Assembly: GCA_964016885.1 (NCBI GenBank)
Contig: OZ024741.1
Span: 305,350,001-305,414,000 of the forward strand
Source of the DNA: Eledone cirrhosa
Lineage: Eukaryota
Reading direction: 5' to 3'
DNA: 64,000 bases
The position numbers and the translations under genes are program-made. The notes under the pieces were generated by a model, which saw only the letters and a list, made by a program, of their open reading frames with translations, did no database searches and had not been told where the DNA came from. Shown here piece after piece: positions 25,001 to 38,958 of the stretch; the stretch's first letter is position 1, and each line of letters starts with the position of its first letter.

Positions 25001-26253
25001 CAGCATGTACTGGGTCTGTTTATTGTGTAGATCACCAATGTTAGAGAGGTTGCTGTACCATGGCATGGCTGAAGGGTTATCTCCACTCTTTTTTTATGAA
25101 TATATATTTATATTTATAAATGTTTTCATTTGTATATATTTTTCGTTTTTATACAAGTATGTTTGTATGTTAAGGTATCCTTTTCACTTGTTTGAGTATG
25201 TAAAGTTCATTGTTAAAAATCTGTTAGTCAATCAACTGGTAGATAAAAAAAAAGATAAAAATAACTATATTCCGACAACTATATTGCAAAGTACAAATGG
25301 TATTTTGAAAGTGCATTAACCATTTGATTCCAACCTATCTGAAACTTCTATTGGTTTTATGATTCAAAATTGCCAGTTTTAACCCTTTTGGTAACAACCT
25401 ATCTGAAACCAGCCTGGATTTATGACACAAAGCTGCTCATTTTAAAATGCTTATCTTTATATTAAAACCTTTAATCGCAATTTTATTTTAGAAATTTTTT
25501 TTTAAGTAATGTGTTAAATATTGGTTTAGATATGTAAAACTTATTTTATTAAATTCCTTCAAATTTTTGGTTATTTTCAAAATTAATTGGAACACAAAGG
25601 CAGTGTATTTTATTAGAAATGTGGCCAAGGAAGGGGTTGAGACAATGAATTGGCAGAGTCGTTAGAATGTCAGTTAGAATGCTTTGCAGTATTCATTCTA
25701 GCATTCTGTTCTCTAAGTTCAAATTCCACCGAGGTAAACTTTGCCTTTCATCTTTTCAAGGTCCATAATTAATGTACCAGTACAATACTAGGATCAATTC
25801 TTCCTCTATATCTTTCTCACTATCTCTCTATAACTTTCTCTCTCTTTCTCTTGAAGAAATCAGCTATGTTCAGACTTGGAGAGGGTTGGGCTCTGCCAGG
25901 TTTAAGGTGTGCAAGAAATGCCCTATGTCACTAAGGCGACCCTATGACCCTATCAAGAGTTACATACATACATTCATACAATGAAAGTATTAAAGTGTTA
26001 ATACTTATATATTAAAACCTTCCAACATAATTTTACATAAGATTGTTTTAGTAACGTTAACCCACGCTTAATAATGAAAAATGTTATTTTACTAATTTCC
26101 TCCAATTTTCTTTTTTTTCAAAATTAACCCCTTTAACACTAAACTGATTGAAGCCACCCCTGGGTCTATGATACAAATCTGTTTGTTTTAATGTGAATAT
26201 ATTTATCTAAAAACATTCCATCATAATTATATTTAAGAACCTTTGTTAAATTA

Positions 26254-26580
26254 CTCTCAGGTCCCAAATAATTGGAGGAGGGGGTCGAATAAGCGGGGGG
26301 TGAGTTGGAATAAAAGGTGGTGGTGTTTGGAAAATAATCAATTTTTCTAGGTTGTCTCCATTGATTTAAAAAAAATCCAGAATAAGTCATTTAGTTTACA
26401 TATTGAGACCCCCAACCCATCATATTTATTTTATAACATATCAGATGTTTTGTAAGGTACTCATTTTGTCATGTATAATGTTAATGTATAAAGAAAATTA
26501 AAATAAAATTCCACCAAAGATAGATTAGCAAATATTAATAAGCTGAGGTGGGGGAGGAACGATTATTCGAGACCTGAGAG
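26254..26580. mobile_element. Tc1/mariner-type MITE (diverged opposite-orientation copy about 44360-44640)
   Basis: TA flanks; TIRs CTCTCAGGTCCCAAATAAT / ATTATTCGAGACCTGAGAG (17 of 19 match). Confidence 0.75.
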
Positions 26581-27869
26581 TATGTTCCAAACAGCAGCTT
26601 GATAATAAGAAAGTTAGTTATAGTCCTAAATTCTCCTAAATTTTTTTATTATTTTCAAAATTATTTGAAAACCATACAGTGTCTGATTAGAAATATGGCA
26701 GTGAAAGAGTTAAAAATATGAGAACATTTATTTCTAACATAGATGTTAATAGAAGATAGATTATGATATGTTTATATCTTTCCAATGGTATTACTGGTTA
26801 TATAACTGTAGTAAAATTGCTATATATGAAAAGAAATACATATAGTGTGCTCTGTAACCAAAATGAAGTCACATGGCTTAGTGGTTAGGGTGCTGGGCTC
26901 ACGATTATAAGTTTGGGAGTTTGATTCCTAGACTGCATTGTTCCAGCACACTCAGCTGGAAAAAATTAGTTGTGATGACACTGGTGCCAAACTCCATTGG
27001 CTTTTGCCTTTCCTTTGGACAACATCAGTGGTGTAGAGGAGGAGGAGGCTAGCATGCATGACAACTGCTAGTCTCTCATGAAACACCCTGCCCAACTTTG
27101 TGCCATGGTGAGGCAAATTAGTGGTTAGTCAATCTTAGGTGCAAAACCTATGGCCAATCATGATAGAAGGGAGCCCTTTCCTTTCCCATTTTCGTTTGGG
27201 GTAGTGTATCACTGAGTCTACACACCCACTACTGTGGTGACATCTAAAAAATTAAAACTAAAAGTTCTTTTTATTTTTTATAAGAATCACTAACAAAAAT
27301 TATATTTTCCACGTACCACTAAAATGTTTCCATGTGCCAGCATGGTCACAAGTAGTATAGATTTGCCACACCTGGAGTAGAATATACAGCAAAACAGATG
27401 CAGCATGCACTGACAGTGACACTGAATTCAACTTCATCAACTATTGTGTGTCAGTGTGTGGCCCAGTGGTGAGGGTGTTGGACTTTTGATCATAAGGTTG
27501 TGAGTTTGATTTCTGAATCAGGTGGTACGTTGTGTTCTTGAGTAAAATACTTTATTTTACATTGTGACTGGCTGATGGGATCAGCAATGGATGCTTCCTT
27601 GGTTCAATTTGACGATTGTCTCCTTTCTGTTTTTTATTTTTTTTTTTGGGTGGTCTCTTGTGTGGTCTCAAATCAATCTAAACATCATATGTCAATGGGT
27701 GACATTATTTTGGATTGCTTCTTCATTGATTATACTTGTACTGTAATTCTGTTGAAGCAGAGCTGATGAAGGCTACCCAACCATTCAAATTCAATGGAGG
27801 AAACTCAATCACTCAAGCAATGTTGATGTAGGCTACTCAACCACTTAATCAGAGCTTGTAAAATCATTC

Positions 27870-28570
27870 TTTTTATGGTTGTTTATCCATGCTAGCATGG
27901 GCTAAACAAGTCATCTCCAGTATAGCACCTCTCTCTGTTTTTTCCCTTTTTTCATCTCCTTTGTGCGGTTTATTGTCTCTGTTCATGTCTCTCTTGGTCT
28001 TCCTCTTCTACAGATTCCTTCCAGTGGAACACTTGGCATTTCTTCACTTAACAACCATCATCCATAAACCTCATCTGTGCTTCATTGTTCATGACTATTA
28101 GCATCACACATCCAGCAGAGCATGTTTGTTTCATTTCTTTTTAGCTTTTACCATTTAGTGCTCATGCCTCACTATCATGTAGCATTGCACTAGGTACACA
28201 TGCATCATACAATCTACCCCTTTCTTGGAAAGAAAATACCTTTGTTGTCAACAGAAGTAGTAGTTCCCTGATTTTATTCTACCTTGTTTTTATTTTAATT
28301 ATTACACATTCAGAGCAACTTTCCACTGCTAATTAGGTCACTTAGATAATTGAAGCTATCAAGTACTTCTTCCATGGAGCTTTCCCTAGATCGGAAAAAG
28401 TTTATTTCACTGGTACTTTTACTACTAACCATCCCTGAATATCTGCCACATACAAAGTCTCTCTTTTCTGTTAGCCTTCCTGCGATCCTATTACACCTTG
28501 TGTACCTGTATTTTACATTGTGTACATCATATAGTGTTCTTTCCTACTCTTTCACTGCATATTGAGCACA
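27870..28570 (-). mobile_element. Degenerate RTE LINE fragment
   Basis: Similar to 47500-48130 and 61050-61710 (remnants of YLGDLISSG, RELLLLLT, RLYDAC). Confidence 0.65.
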
Positions 28571-30600
28571 GAATCATCATCGTTTTTCATATGCTTTCCA
28601 TGTTGAAATGGTTTGGGCAGGTTGTCATGGTCTGAGGCTGGAGGGTTGGATTGACCTGTCTTACTTACATGTTCCATATTTGGCATATATCAACCCTTTA
28701 GCATTCACATTATTTTATAATACTATTATATTTTCATGGTAAAGGCTTTATCTCACATTATATCGAATCTATGAGATTTTGAAAGTATTTATTTTGAGAA
28801 CAATACCTTAACATCAGTTTGAGTGACAAGTTACAGCCAGTTTCAACAGAAAAAGGTAGAGAATTTTGGCCGGTTTGAACATTAACGGGTTAAGACTTAA
28901 TAATCTGCAAACAAGAGCTATGTATAGTTAACCGTTTTCAGTTAAACTTATCACTCAAAGCTCCTGTAAGTAGGCAAAGGTGAAGAGTAGACTATCTTAT
29001 CAAATAACGATAAGATAATTGTAATGGTACTTGAAAGAGGTCAAAATACTTTTGCTTTGGATATCTATTTATGATAAAATGGCAGTTGTTAAGGCGTAAT
29101 ATAGAATATGATATGGCATAAGTTCTAGAGTTAAAATCTTGCTGAGGTTTTTTTATTTACTAACCAAGCAAAGCAACAAAGCCACTAAAATGCAAGGGGT
29201 TTTTGAGAAGAGGTGAGAACATGATTCAAGGAGAGAGAAGATGGTGATTGATGTTGTTTTTGAATTTTTGTAAATTGTAGTTGACAGGAAAGCAAGAAAC
29301 TGGATGAGAATTCAATAGGCAGGTTTTATAGACTAAAGTACTGCAAATTAGTGGTTAGGGTGTTGGGTTCATGATCTTAATGTTATGGGTTCAATTCTTT
29401 CGTTAGGTGTTGTTTTTGAGCAAAACGTTTCATTTCATGTTACTCCAATCAACTCAGCTGATAATGGTTAACAGTGGTTAACACTGCACTGGTTTGGTAT
29501 ATTGTTAACAGTGGTTAACACTGCACTGGTTTGGTATATTGTCCAAGGGGAAGTCTTGTATTCTCAGTCATTTAATGCCAATAAAATTGGTATAACTGCA
29601 GCCTGATGAAGGTACACTCTAACCTTTAACACAGCAGTGGATTGGTGGAATTGTTAGTGTTGGATGAGATGCCTTGCTGTATCTGTTGTGGCACTTTGCA
29701 TTCTAAGTTCAAAATTCTGCCTTGGGATTTCAGTCCTACGAAAGGCCTGAGCTAAGTATCTAAAGATGGGATCATCGCTGATTATGAATGCTTGAATGGG
29801 TGGAAGAAGATTGTGATCATCTGTTACTGCAGTGGGATGATGGTGAGGATGATAGGGCTAATCACCTGATCATGGGACTATAACTGATTGTGAAAGGTAG
29901 AATAAATGGAGAAAAATTGAGACTCTCTGCTACTGTAGTAGAATGTTGATGATAGAGGGCTAATCACCTGACTATGGGACTACAACATATTGTGAAAACT
30001 GTAAAGTATGTAGTAGGATTCTAGCTGACTACTACAGCTGGCTAATGGTGATGATCATTGGATTTATAGTTGCTTATATTCAAACTACATTAAAAAAAAG
30101 TTAGTCTCTCGCAAGCCTGGAGGCTCATCAGGTTGGTGCTTAATCCAGTTTCATTGGCAGTAAACAACTGGGAGTACAAATCCCCTCCCCCTGGTTAGTA
30201 TGCCAGTCCATCACTGGGTTACTCCTCCTCCACCCCAAGATTCTGCTGGTACCTCTTTTCAGCTGAGTTAATTGGAGCAATGAAATGTTTTGCTCAAGAA
30301 CACAATGCACCCCTGGCCCAAGATTAAACAATCTACATTAAACATCAAAATATCCCATAAATAACAGTTAGTCTACTTTGACATTGAAAGTAAAAGTATT
30401 ATTTCTAGTTTTTTTTAAGTGCCAATGTTATCTTCCTGTTTGATAAGGTCAGGCATAGACACTCTTCACTTTTTCATTCTTCTAAAAATGCCTGGATATA
30501 AATATACATTTTTATTATCAACATTAGCTGTATTGTTCTTCTAAAATACTTTCATCAATGAATAATCCTCTCTGTTAACCTTTCCTGAAACTAGTGTTTA

Positions 30601-31908
30601 TCTATATATCTAAAACAGAATGTCTGTCTGTCTGACTCCCGAAAACTCGAGAACCACCCAACCGATTGTTTTCAAACTTTACACATGTAATACTTATGGT
30701 CCTGTAAGTGTTTTGAGCAAAAACAATTTCAAATTTTCAATCCCCTAGTGACCGCATTAGGCGATTTAGCGATCTCTCTCTATAATTCTTAGTCTTTCTC
30801 TTTTTAGATAGAAACATAGATATAACGTTCCGCCCTTATAATATCTGTCTGTATGCCTGGCTGTCTTCATTACGACATTATTACGTAGTTGTGTGTATGT
30901 GTATATATGTATATATAGTGTGTATATATAGTGTGTAACGGTTTTCGAAATATTTACTTCTGCGTTCACATATTGATTTTTTTATTTTAGTTTCAGAAGA
31001 TCCCGTTAAGGGTGAAAGCAACGATTCTTTGCTTAAACTTTAATCTGTTATTTTAATATCTATCTATCTAAACTATAATAAAGTAAGGAGCGCGGGACTG
31101 CGTACGGTTTATAATTTTTTATCCCATTAGTAAAATAAGTTATATTACTTTGAATAAATAATGAATGAATATTACATAATTTATCTACTAAATTTTGTGG
31201 CTGTTGATTAAATATATTTTGTTTATTTAAAGATTGAACTTCTTTAAAATTTCTGAAAAGTCAACACTTCCGGTTGGCGATTGCTTAAATAAACATACTA
31301 ATTTTCTCCTAATGCAGTTTATATATAATATCGTCTTTTTTAATGTATCATGGATTACGTTACTGATTACATAAGACAGTGAAACACAGTCTTCGTTCAA
31401 TTTCTATGTAATATATATTGTCAATTACGATTTTATTTGATGTATCATATCTACATGTATATATACTTGCGTATAATATCAATATACACACTACACATGC
31501 CAGCAGAAAAACCACCCAAATTATATATACTAGCAGAAAAACCACCCAAAGGGTGGTTTTTCTGCTAGTATATATAATTATATATTTATTTCGCGATAAA
31601 GTATTGATTTTCTTCGCACGGAAAAAACTTGTGGTAATCTACGACAAATTTTTTTTATAACCACAAAATGTAGACACCATCCCGAGGCCGAGATATTTCG
31701 TACTACTTCTCTGTACTGTTATATATATATATATAATTATATTTTATATATATATATAATTATATATTCGTGTACACATATTTTTGCATACACAATAACA
31801 AAATATAAACAAATGTATTTATTTCATGAGGCTCGATAAGGATAAATATATATCAAATATATAAGAACCGTAGAGCAAATCCCGAGCAACGCCGGGCCAT
31901 TCTGCTAG
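30601..31908 (+). mobile_element. Composite non-autonomous Helitron, family B
   Basis: A|TCTATATATC 5' end, CCCGAGCAACGCCGGG hairpin, CTAG|T 3' end; internal second 5' end near 31060 homologous to 49811-50370. Confidence 0.8.
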
Positions 31909-31963
31909 TATTTATCTAAAAGTCTTCCATTATAATTTTATCAAAGAACATCTCTTATGTTCT

Positions 31964-32138
31964 GGCAGTATCGGTAGAGGGTCGGACGCCATGCTTTGAC
32001 GCATAGAGTTACGGCCCTTGCCATTCTGAGTTCAAATCCCGCCGAGGTTAACTTTGCCTTTCATCCTTATGGGGTCGATAAAATAAAGTACCAGTAATAC
32101 ACTGGGTAATTGCTGGCCTTGTGCCAAAAGTAGAAACA
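31964..32138 (+). mobile_element. SINE family 1 insertion with 35 bp target-site duplication
   Basis: ATTATAATTTTATCAAAGAACATCTCTTATGTTCT at 31929-31963 and 32139-32173. Confidence 0.88.
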
Positions 32139-34696
32139 ATTATAATTTTATCAAAGAACATCTCTTATGTTCTAAACCTCATTTTAATAATGACACTGTT
32201 ATATTACTAAATCCCTTCATATTCTTGAGTAACCCTTTTGATAATATACTACCCTTGGTTCTATGATACAGAATTGTGTGTTTTTAAAGTGTTTATAGTT
32301 ATCTAAAAATCTCCCATTATAATTTTATGCGAGAACTTCAGTTTTGTTATTGCTAGGAACCTCACAAATATAATGGGCAAAAATATATGATCAAAGCGAG
32401 AAAAAAAGAAAAGGAAAGAAAACAAACAATCTAAAACAACCATCAATTCATCATCAAGTGTGACAATTGGGTGCATACCACACCATACCAGATCACAAGG
32501 GTTAACAGAAAGTTTTGAGGCAAGCCAACACGCTCGCAGCATTACCATGGGTGATGGTGAGGGTAAGGCATTGAAACAACTAGGCACCCTTATGGGCATC
32601 ACCTGACACTTTGGTAAGATGTGCCACTAATGATGACAAGAACTTCACTGTCAGCGGCTAAACGTCTTGAAGGCCACAGGCTGGAAAAAATAGTTATTTG
32701 ATAGATTTCAGTATTTTAGTTATGTTTCAAATACTTGCTTAAAAATGAAAAAGTTATTTTATCAAATACCTCCAAATTTTAAAAAAATGTTTGAAAATCA
32801 TAGGGTGTGTCTTTCATAAGAAATATGGTGATGAGAGGCTTAAGAAAATGTTATATAATTTCTTTGGTAATTTTTGTGTGAGTTTCTACTGCATCACCTG
32901 GTGTACCTCTGTGATCCTGAGGTGTATGTAACATAGAGTGTTCTTATTTTTGTGGGGTTAGGTATTATAGATTCCTCATGTTGGTGTATTGCATCAGTCT
33001 TGTTTTGTTATGGGGTTTAGCTTGAAGTGGCTTGCCTCATTTGAGTGTTTGTTCTGTTATGTATGGTATAGGAATGTGAGTTGTGTTATTTTATTGGCTA
33101 GTAATCTTGACAATTAATATTACTTTTAATAATTGTTTCTACTTTTGGCACAAGGCCAGCAATTACCCAGTGCATTACAGGTACTTTATTTTATCGACTC
33201 CGTAAGGATGAAAGGCAAAGTTAACCTCGGCGGGATTTGAACTCAGATCGTTAAGGGATGTAACTATGCTGGAAAGCATGTCCAACCCTCTACCGATTCT
33301 GCCAATGTCAGAGTAAAAAAATAAAAATAAATAGTAAAACATTACAATTTTTGTTGTTGTTTTCCTCCTTTTTCTCCTACTTCTTCATTGGCGGTGGATT
33401 GGCAAAGTGTTGGATAACATGCTTTGCAGCATATAGTTCTGTATTCAAATCCAGCTGAGGTTAGCCTTGCCTTCATCCTTATGGGATTGATAAAATATTG
33501 TACCAGTAATGCACTGGGTCAATTTAACCAATTTTCTCCTTCCCTTCAAATTATTGGGCTTGTGTCAAAAGTAGAAACAATTATTTAAGGGTGGTGGATT
33601 AGCAGTGTTGGAAAACATACTTTGTGGCATAGAGTTACGGCCCTTTACGTTCTTTTTCATTCCCTTCAAATTGCTGGCCTTATGCCAAGTGTAGAAACTA
33701 TTATTACTTTGCATTCTGTTTACAAAATCAATCTATCTTTGAATATTTTCTTATTTACATATATTAATGACAGCTTAATATAAATCATATATGTGGTGAA
33801 TTGTAAAAAGTGAAGCCAACAGTAAAAACAATGCAATTTCAATATCATTATCATCATCATCACCCTTTAACATCCATTTAACACCTGCATGAGTTAGACG
33901 GGTTGTCACATTATGTGACAAGTCGGGTCCAGAGACCAACATGCTTATACGAATTTGTATTTTGGCTTGGTTTCTATGGCTGGATGCCCTTCCTAGTGCA
34001 TTAAATTTAATTTTCATTTTTATTAAAAATTTATTTGGCATATAGATACTTAGTTTGACATGTCTTTTGCCTTCTTTCCTGCCAGTAGTCTCTGAAAAGC
34101 CCACTGTCCTTGTCCAAGTGATAAAAAAAAAAAAAAAAAAATGCCCATCGTGTGTGTATGTATGTTTCAGGTCATTCAGCGCTACCGGTAACATCTAACC
34201 CAGTACAACCTGTGCATGGTCGGGTCAGCAGCAACTAAATCAGCAACCCCACCAAGTTTGCTTGGTGAGGAAGGTGATTTTGGACACCCTGGGAAAACAG
34301 TATGAAATTTAGTCATGATACTATTTACTTTTGCTGTTGTTTGATTGGTTGAAAATAAATAAGCACCCCACAATGGAGCAAGTTTATTTTCAAACAATCA
34401 AACAACTGCAAATTTTGTATAGTCTTATCGCATCAAATTTGTATCCAATATTTCCAGTTTAATCTAAAACAAGCAACATTTGGTTGCTGACATAAACATT
34501 TCATGATAGGTCAATTTAGTTCATAGGGCTTGTGATCATATGCATGCTCTAAGAAGTCCATAGGAATTAGATTTTGGACTGAAATTGCCAAGAGAAAAAA
34601 AACATACAACAACAATGAATAATTTCACAAAAAAAACTATATTTTATTTTATTTCTTTGAAAATATTAATATTTAGAAATTTAATCTAATTTGCAG

Positions 34697-34815
34697 GCTC
34701 AAGTTTGATCTCCTGTGTGTGAAACGTTTTCTGAAGCTGTTTACTTTCATGTTTCCATCGTTTCTCAGCCTACCAACATTTCTTTGTTTCTTTTTGTTGT
34801 TGCTGTCCATCTTAG
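34697..34815 (+). CDS. ABCD4: ABCD4 exon (LKFDLLCVKRFLKLFTFMFPSF...)
   Basis: ttgcag / G|gtaagt, 119 nt; resembles vertebrate ABCD4 [20 protein letters not shown]. Confidence 0.9.
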
Positions 34816-35185
34816 GTAAGTATACACACTTCAGTGTAAAAATAATGACAAAGTTGTTGGAATGTTAACTTAAAAATATTTAATTACTCCTTTATATTTC
34901 AGGAGAAAATTCCCTTTGTCAAAGAAAGGCTGAGAAATCCTTGTGTTCTTCTTATGACATTTTAAACTCTTTCGACAAGAGGAATTTTCTCCCAAAATAT
35001 AAAAAAACTAATTAAATATTTCCAAGGTAATATTCCAACAACCTTGTTATGTGATGCAGTTTTACATTTAATGTTCTATTTGCATTGTTGTAGTCCTTTA
35101 AAACACTCTTTTCTACACTTTCCACAATGTGATGCAGTTTCATGTGGTATAAGATGTTAACACTTAACACATTTCTTTCTTTCAG

Positions 35186-35313
35186 AACAATATATCATTT
35201 ACAAGCTTGGTTTAATTCCAAGTCGTTACTACAAGATCTTGGGAGACAAAGATGCCCTGAGTTTTAGGAATGTTACTATTCAAGCTTTCCTCATTATTAT
35301 TGTAGAAGCTTTT
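35186..35313 (+). CDS. ABCD4: ABCD4 exon (EQYIIYKLGLIPSRYYKILGDKD...)
   Basis: tttcag / gtatgt, 128 nt; matches [23 protein letters not shown]. Confidence 0.93.
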
Positions 35314-36286
35314 GTATGTATTCTTGATTTTATATATTATCATTCCATTATTGTTATTTTTATATCTGCTTTTCCATGTGCACAAAAGTTGAATTGGAGT
35401 TATGCGGAAGTTCATTTTGTATAAATGTGTGTGTGATCATGCCTGTATTCAAATTTATTGTTTATGTCCCATAACTTAGCGGTTCAACAAAAAAGAGATC
35501 GATAAAATAAGTGCCAAACATGAAAAAGAAAAAAAAATACTAATGACTGAAACTAGTAAAAGAAGAAAATAATACCTTTATTTATAGATCTGGATGAAAT
35601 TTTATTTCTAGATGTCTAGGGTAATAATACACTTGCTTTCAGCAGAATTTCACTAACAACTGATTGCAGTCAAGTTAATTACTACTCTGTATATAAATGA
35701 CCTGGGCAAGTGAGCTGTAGTGAACAACACATGATATTTAACCCTTTCATGGCCACATTGCTAATGAAATACATTCTATTTTGATTAATTAATGAAGAAT
35801 TTTGAGGGATTTACTAAGATTATTAATTATTTCATTACTAAGAAAGTAACTTAGTGTAAGGTTCTTATATAAAATTATGTTTGAAGATTTTAATTTAAAT
35901 TGGAAACCTTTAAAATGGGTGTTTTTATTTCATAGAACCAGAGCCGATTTTGACTGGGATGGTAAAATAGTAACTTAATGTACGGTTCTTATGAAACACT
36001 ATGTTGAAGGATCTTAACTTAAATTGGAAACCTTTAAAATGGGTGTTTTTATTTCATAGAACCAGAGCCGGTTTTGACTGGGCTGTTAACTAAAGTGTTA
36101 ATGAGTTGTTCATATTGAACAAAAATATGTAGTTGTAGGTCAAGGCTTCTCAAAATTTTTACTTGATAGACCCCTTGTACTAATATTTATTTTCTATTCA
36201 CCCCCAAACAAATTAATTGAATACAAAATGACAAAATATATCTAATTTTCCAGTGTTTAATACAACATGACCCTTCTTTGTTGCAG

Positions 36287-36426
36287 ATAAGTAGCACACT
36301 ACGCTATACAGTCTCTGTGTTACATATAGAATGGCGACAAAACTTGACGTTGACTTTACATAAAGAATATTTGACAGATGTGCTATACTTCCATATTAAT
36401 ATGTTAAAAAAAGACATTGATAATCC
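36287..36426 (+). CDS. ABCD4: ABCD4 exon (...LHIEWRQNLTLTLHKEY...DIDNP)
   Basis: ttgcag / gtaagt, 140 nt; WRxxLTxxLH and DIDNP ABCD motifs. Confidence 0.93.
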
Positions 36427-38069
36427 GTAAGTTTCTTGCTCAATCTATGTAATTGTGATGCGAGTTATTTTGACAGTACAACTTAGCTTCTGTTTGCTAT
36501 TACTGTTTTATTTTTATATGTATGCATATGTCTGTGTGTGTCTCTCTTTCTCCATCATCATTGTTATTTTACATTTGCTTTCCATGGACAAGTCATCACG
36601 GACCGAGATAAAGCAGGTCATATGTTCCACATTTGACATTGTTTCTATGGCTGAATGCTCTTCCTAATGCCTACCTATGTGGTGCAGGATGCATTTTATC
36701 ATGACACCAGCACTATGACTTTACAGAGTGTACTGGATGCATTTTACTGTGACATCAACATTACAACTTTACAGAGTGTACTAGTTACATTTTATTGTGA
36801 TACGAACACTACAGAATTGCCAAATCGATAATAAAACCAAAGGGTCCCCTCTACCCTATATATTAAGAAAAATGGCATAATGACAGTAAAATAAATGAAG
36901 AAAACAAATATATGGACAGCATAAACAAAGAACATGCCATTATTGGCTGTCTATTGGATATCAATGAAGAGATGATTGCTGATCTGACAGCATGCAACAC
37001 TGTTAATAATTAGTTAAAAAATCATTTAAGAAATAAACAAAACAAATAGGAAGAAAGAAGAAAGATATCTGACATATCTGGATGAGAAACAAAGTCATCA
37101 AACAAGCTACGAACAAGAAACAGAAGATATATATTGCAACACTGTTTACAAAGTCAGAGGTGACAGTTGTTTATGTCCTGCAGCATACCATCATCATTAT
37201 TGTTTAATGTCCGTTTTCCACGCAAGCATGGGTAGGACGGGTTGTCCCTTTGTGAGGGCTAAACAAACAAGACAAACACAACAAAGGGCTGGGATGACCT
37301 TCATTCCTGTCAATGACATGACAACTTCCCTAGTGTTGGTGATCTACCAGATAAATGCGCTCAGTACACACTGTAAAGTGGTTGGTGGTAGGAAGGAATC
37401 CAGCTGTAGAAATCTTGCCAAACAAAAGGGTCAGAAGGACCCTCAGTTGTGTTAAAGACATAACAACCTCTCCTGTGCACTTGGTGGAACATTTACCATA
37501 CATCAAGCGAGACACATCCCTGGCCTGACTGGGAGATCACAGTGGCTTTGCTCCAGTACTGACTTGGTCTATGTAGACCCATCTATCTTTTGCTAGCAGG
37601 AAAAGTAGACGTTGAAACGGTGGCAATAATGATGATGATGATGATTATTATGCCAAGCTTTAGATCCATAACTCCTGATGGAGTCGTAGGAGTTGTTTCT
37701 TGGGCATTCAAACCTAGTGAAATCCATCCCTCTCTATGTCATAATATAGTTGATTTCTTTCAAGAGATGAGAGAGGAGAAGAAAAAAATGAGAAAGAGAT
37801 ATAGAGGAAGAACTATGTAAATGTGAGAGAAAGGCAAAGCTTGGATGAACCGAGGGAGAATCTGGGTTTAACCCGGCCAGAATTCTCTACCTCTTTCTGT
37901 TGAAACTGGCTGTAACTGGTCGCTCAAACTGATGTTAAGGTATTGTTCTCAAAATAAATACTTTCAAAATCTCATAGATTTGATATTATTTGAGATAATT
38001 ATGTGAGGTAAAGCCTTTACTATGAAAATATAATAGTATATATAGAGTAATGTGAATGCTAAAGGGTTA

Positions 38070-38355
38070 AGAGGAATCTGAGGTGGTGTGCAAGAGAGAA
38101 GACTGCATTGGTTTGGACATGTGATGCACATGGATGATGATCGATGGGTGAAGAAGTGCCAGGAAATGCCAGTAGATGGAAGCTGCAGTAGAGGTAGACC
38201 AAGAAAGACCTGGGCAGAGGTGGTGAGAGCTGATCTCAAATCGATGAGATGCACAGAGATGATGAAGAAACAAGTGGAGAGATGCTGTGCTGAAGAGGAC
38301 CCGTCCAACCCATGCAAGCGTGGAAAAACGGACGTAAAAACGACAATGATGATGA
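38070..38355 (+). mobile_element. RTE LINE 3' end
   Basis: QERRLHWFGHVMHM...RGRPRKTWAEVV; (GAT)n tail. Confidence 0.85.
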
Positions 38356-38497
38356 TGAATCTAGCCCAGTATTAAACCGGTACTTTATTTATCAAACTCA
38401 AAAGGAAGACATGCAAGTTGACTTTGGCAGAATTTGAACTCAGAGAACAAAGCATTTTATCTGACATTCTAACAACTCTGCCACCTCCATATTATGT

Positions 38498-38797
38498 TAT
38501 CATCATCATCATCATTTTACGTCCGCTTTTCCCTGCTTGCAAGGGTGGGACGGGTCTTATTCAGCACAGCATCTCTCCACTCGTCACGGTCCCTCGTCAT
38601 CTCCACCGTGAGCTTCAATGATCTGAGGTCTGTTCTCACCACCTCCGCCCATGTTTTTCGTGGTCTACCTCTACCACGTCTTCCTTCAACTGGCATTTCC
38701 TGGCACTTCTTCACCCATCGGTCATCCTCCATGCGCATCACATGTCCATACCACCTCAGTCTCCTCTCCCGTACACTACATTCTATCCCTCTCAGAC
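38498..38797 (-). mobile_element. RTE LINE 3' end, inverted relative to the 38070 copy
   Basis: RMEDDRWVKKC...GRGRPRKTWAEVV on minus strand; (ATC)n tail. Confidence 0.85.
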
Positions 38798-38841
38798 ACA
38801 GTTATATTAATAATATATTTCTTTTTCTTTATTTTTTTCAG

Positions 38842-38958
38842 AGATCAACGAATAACTGAAGACTTGAATAACATGTGTGATACTTTTAGCCAAATATTCG
38901 CCCCAATTCTTCTTGCTCCTTTTATTATTGGTTACTATGTCCATCAAACTATTAAAAT
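38842..38958 (+). CDS. ABCD4: ABCD4 exon (DQRITEDLNNMC...APFIIGYY)
   Basis: tttcag / gtatgt, 117 nt; completes NPDQRI motif. Confidence 0.93.

Noticed and set aside
27760-27860. GCTGATGAAGGCTAC hammerhead-like start
   Set aside because: No correctly placed stem II/GAAA/stem III
36690-36815. Regularly spaced repeats resembling a CRISPR array
   Set aside because: Degenerate tandem units within SINE/RTE tails, no unique spacers, eukaryotic context
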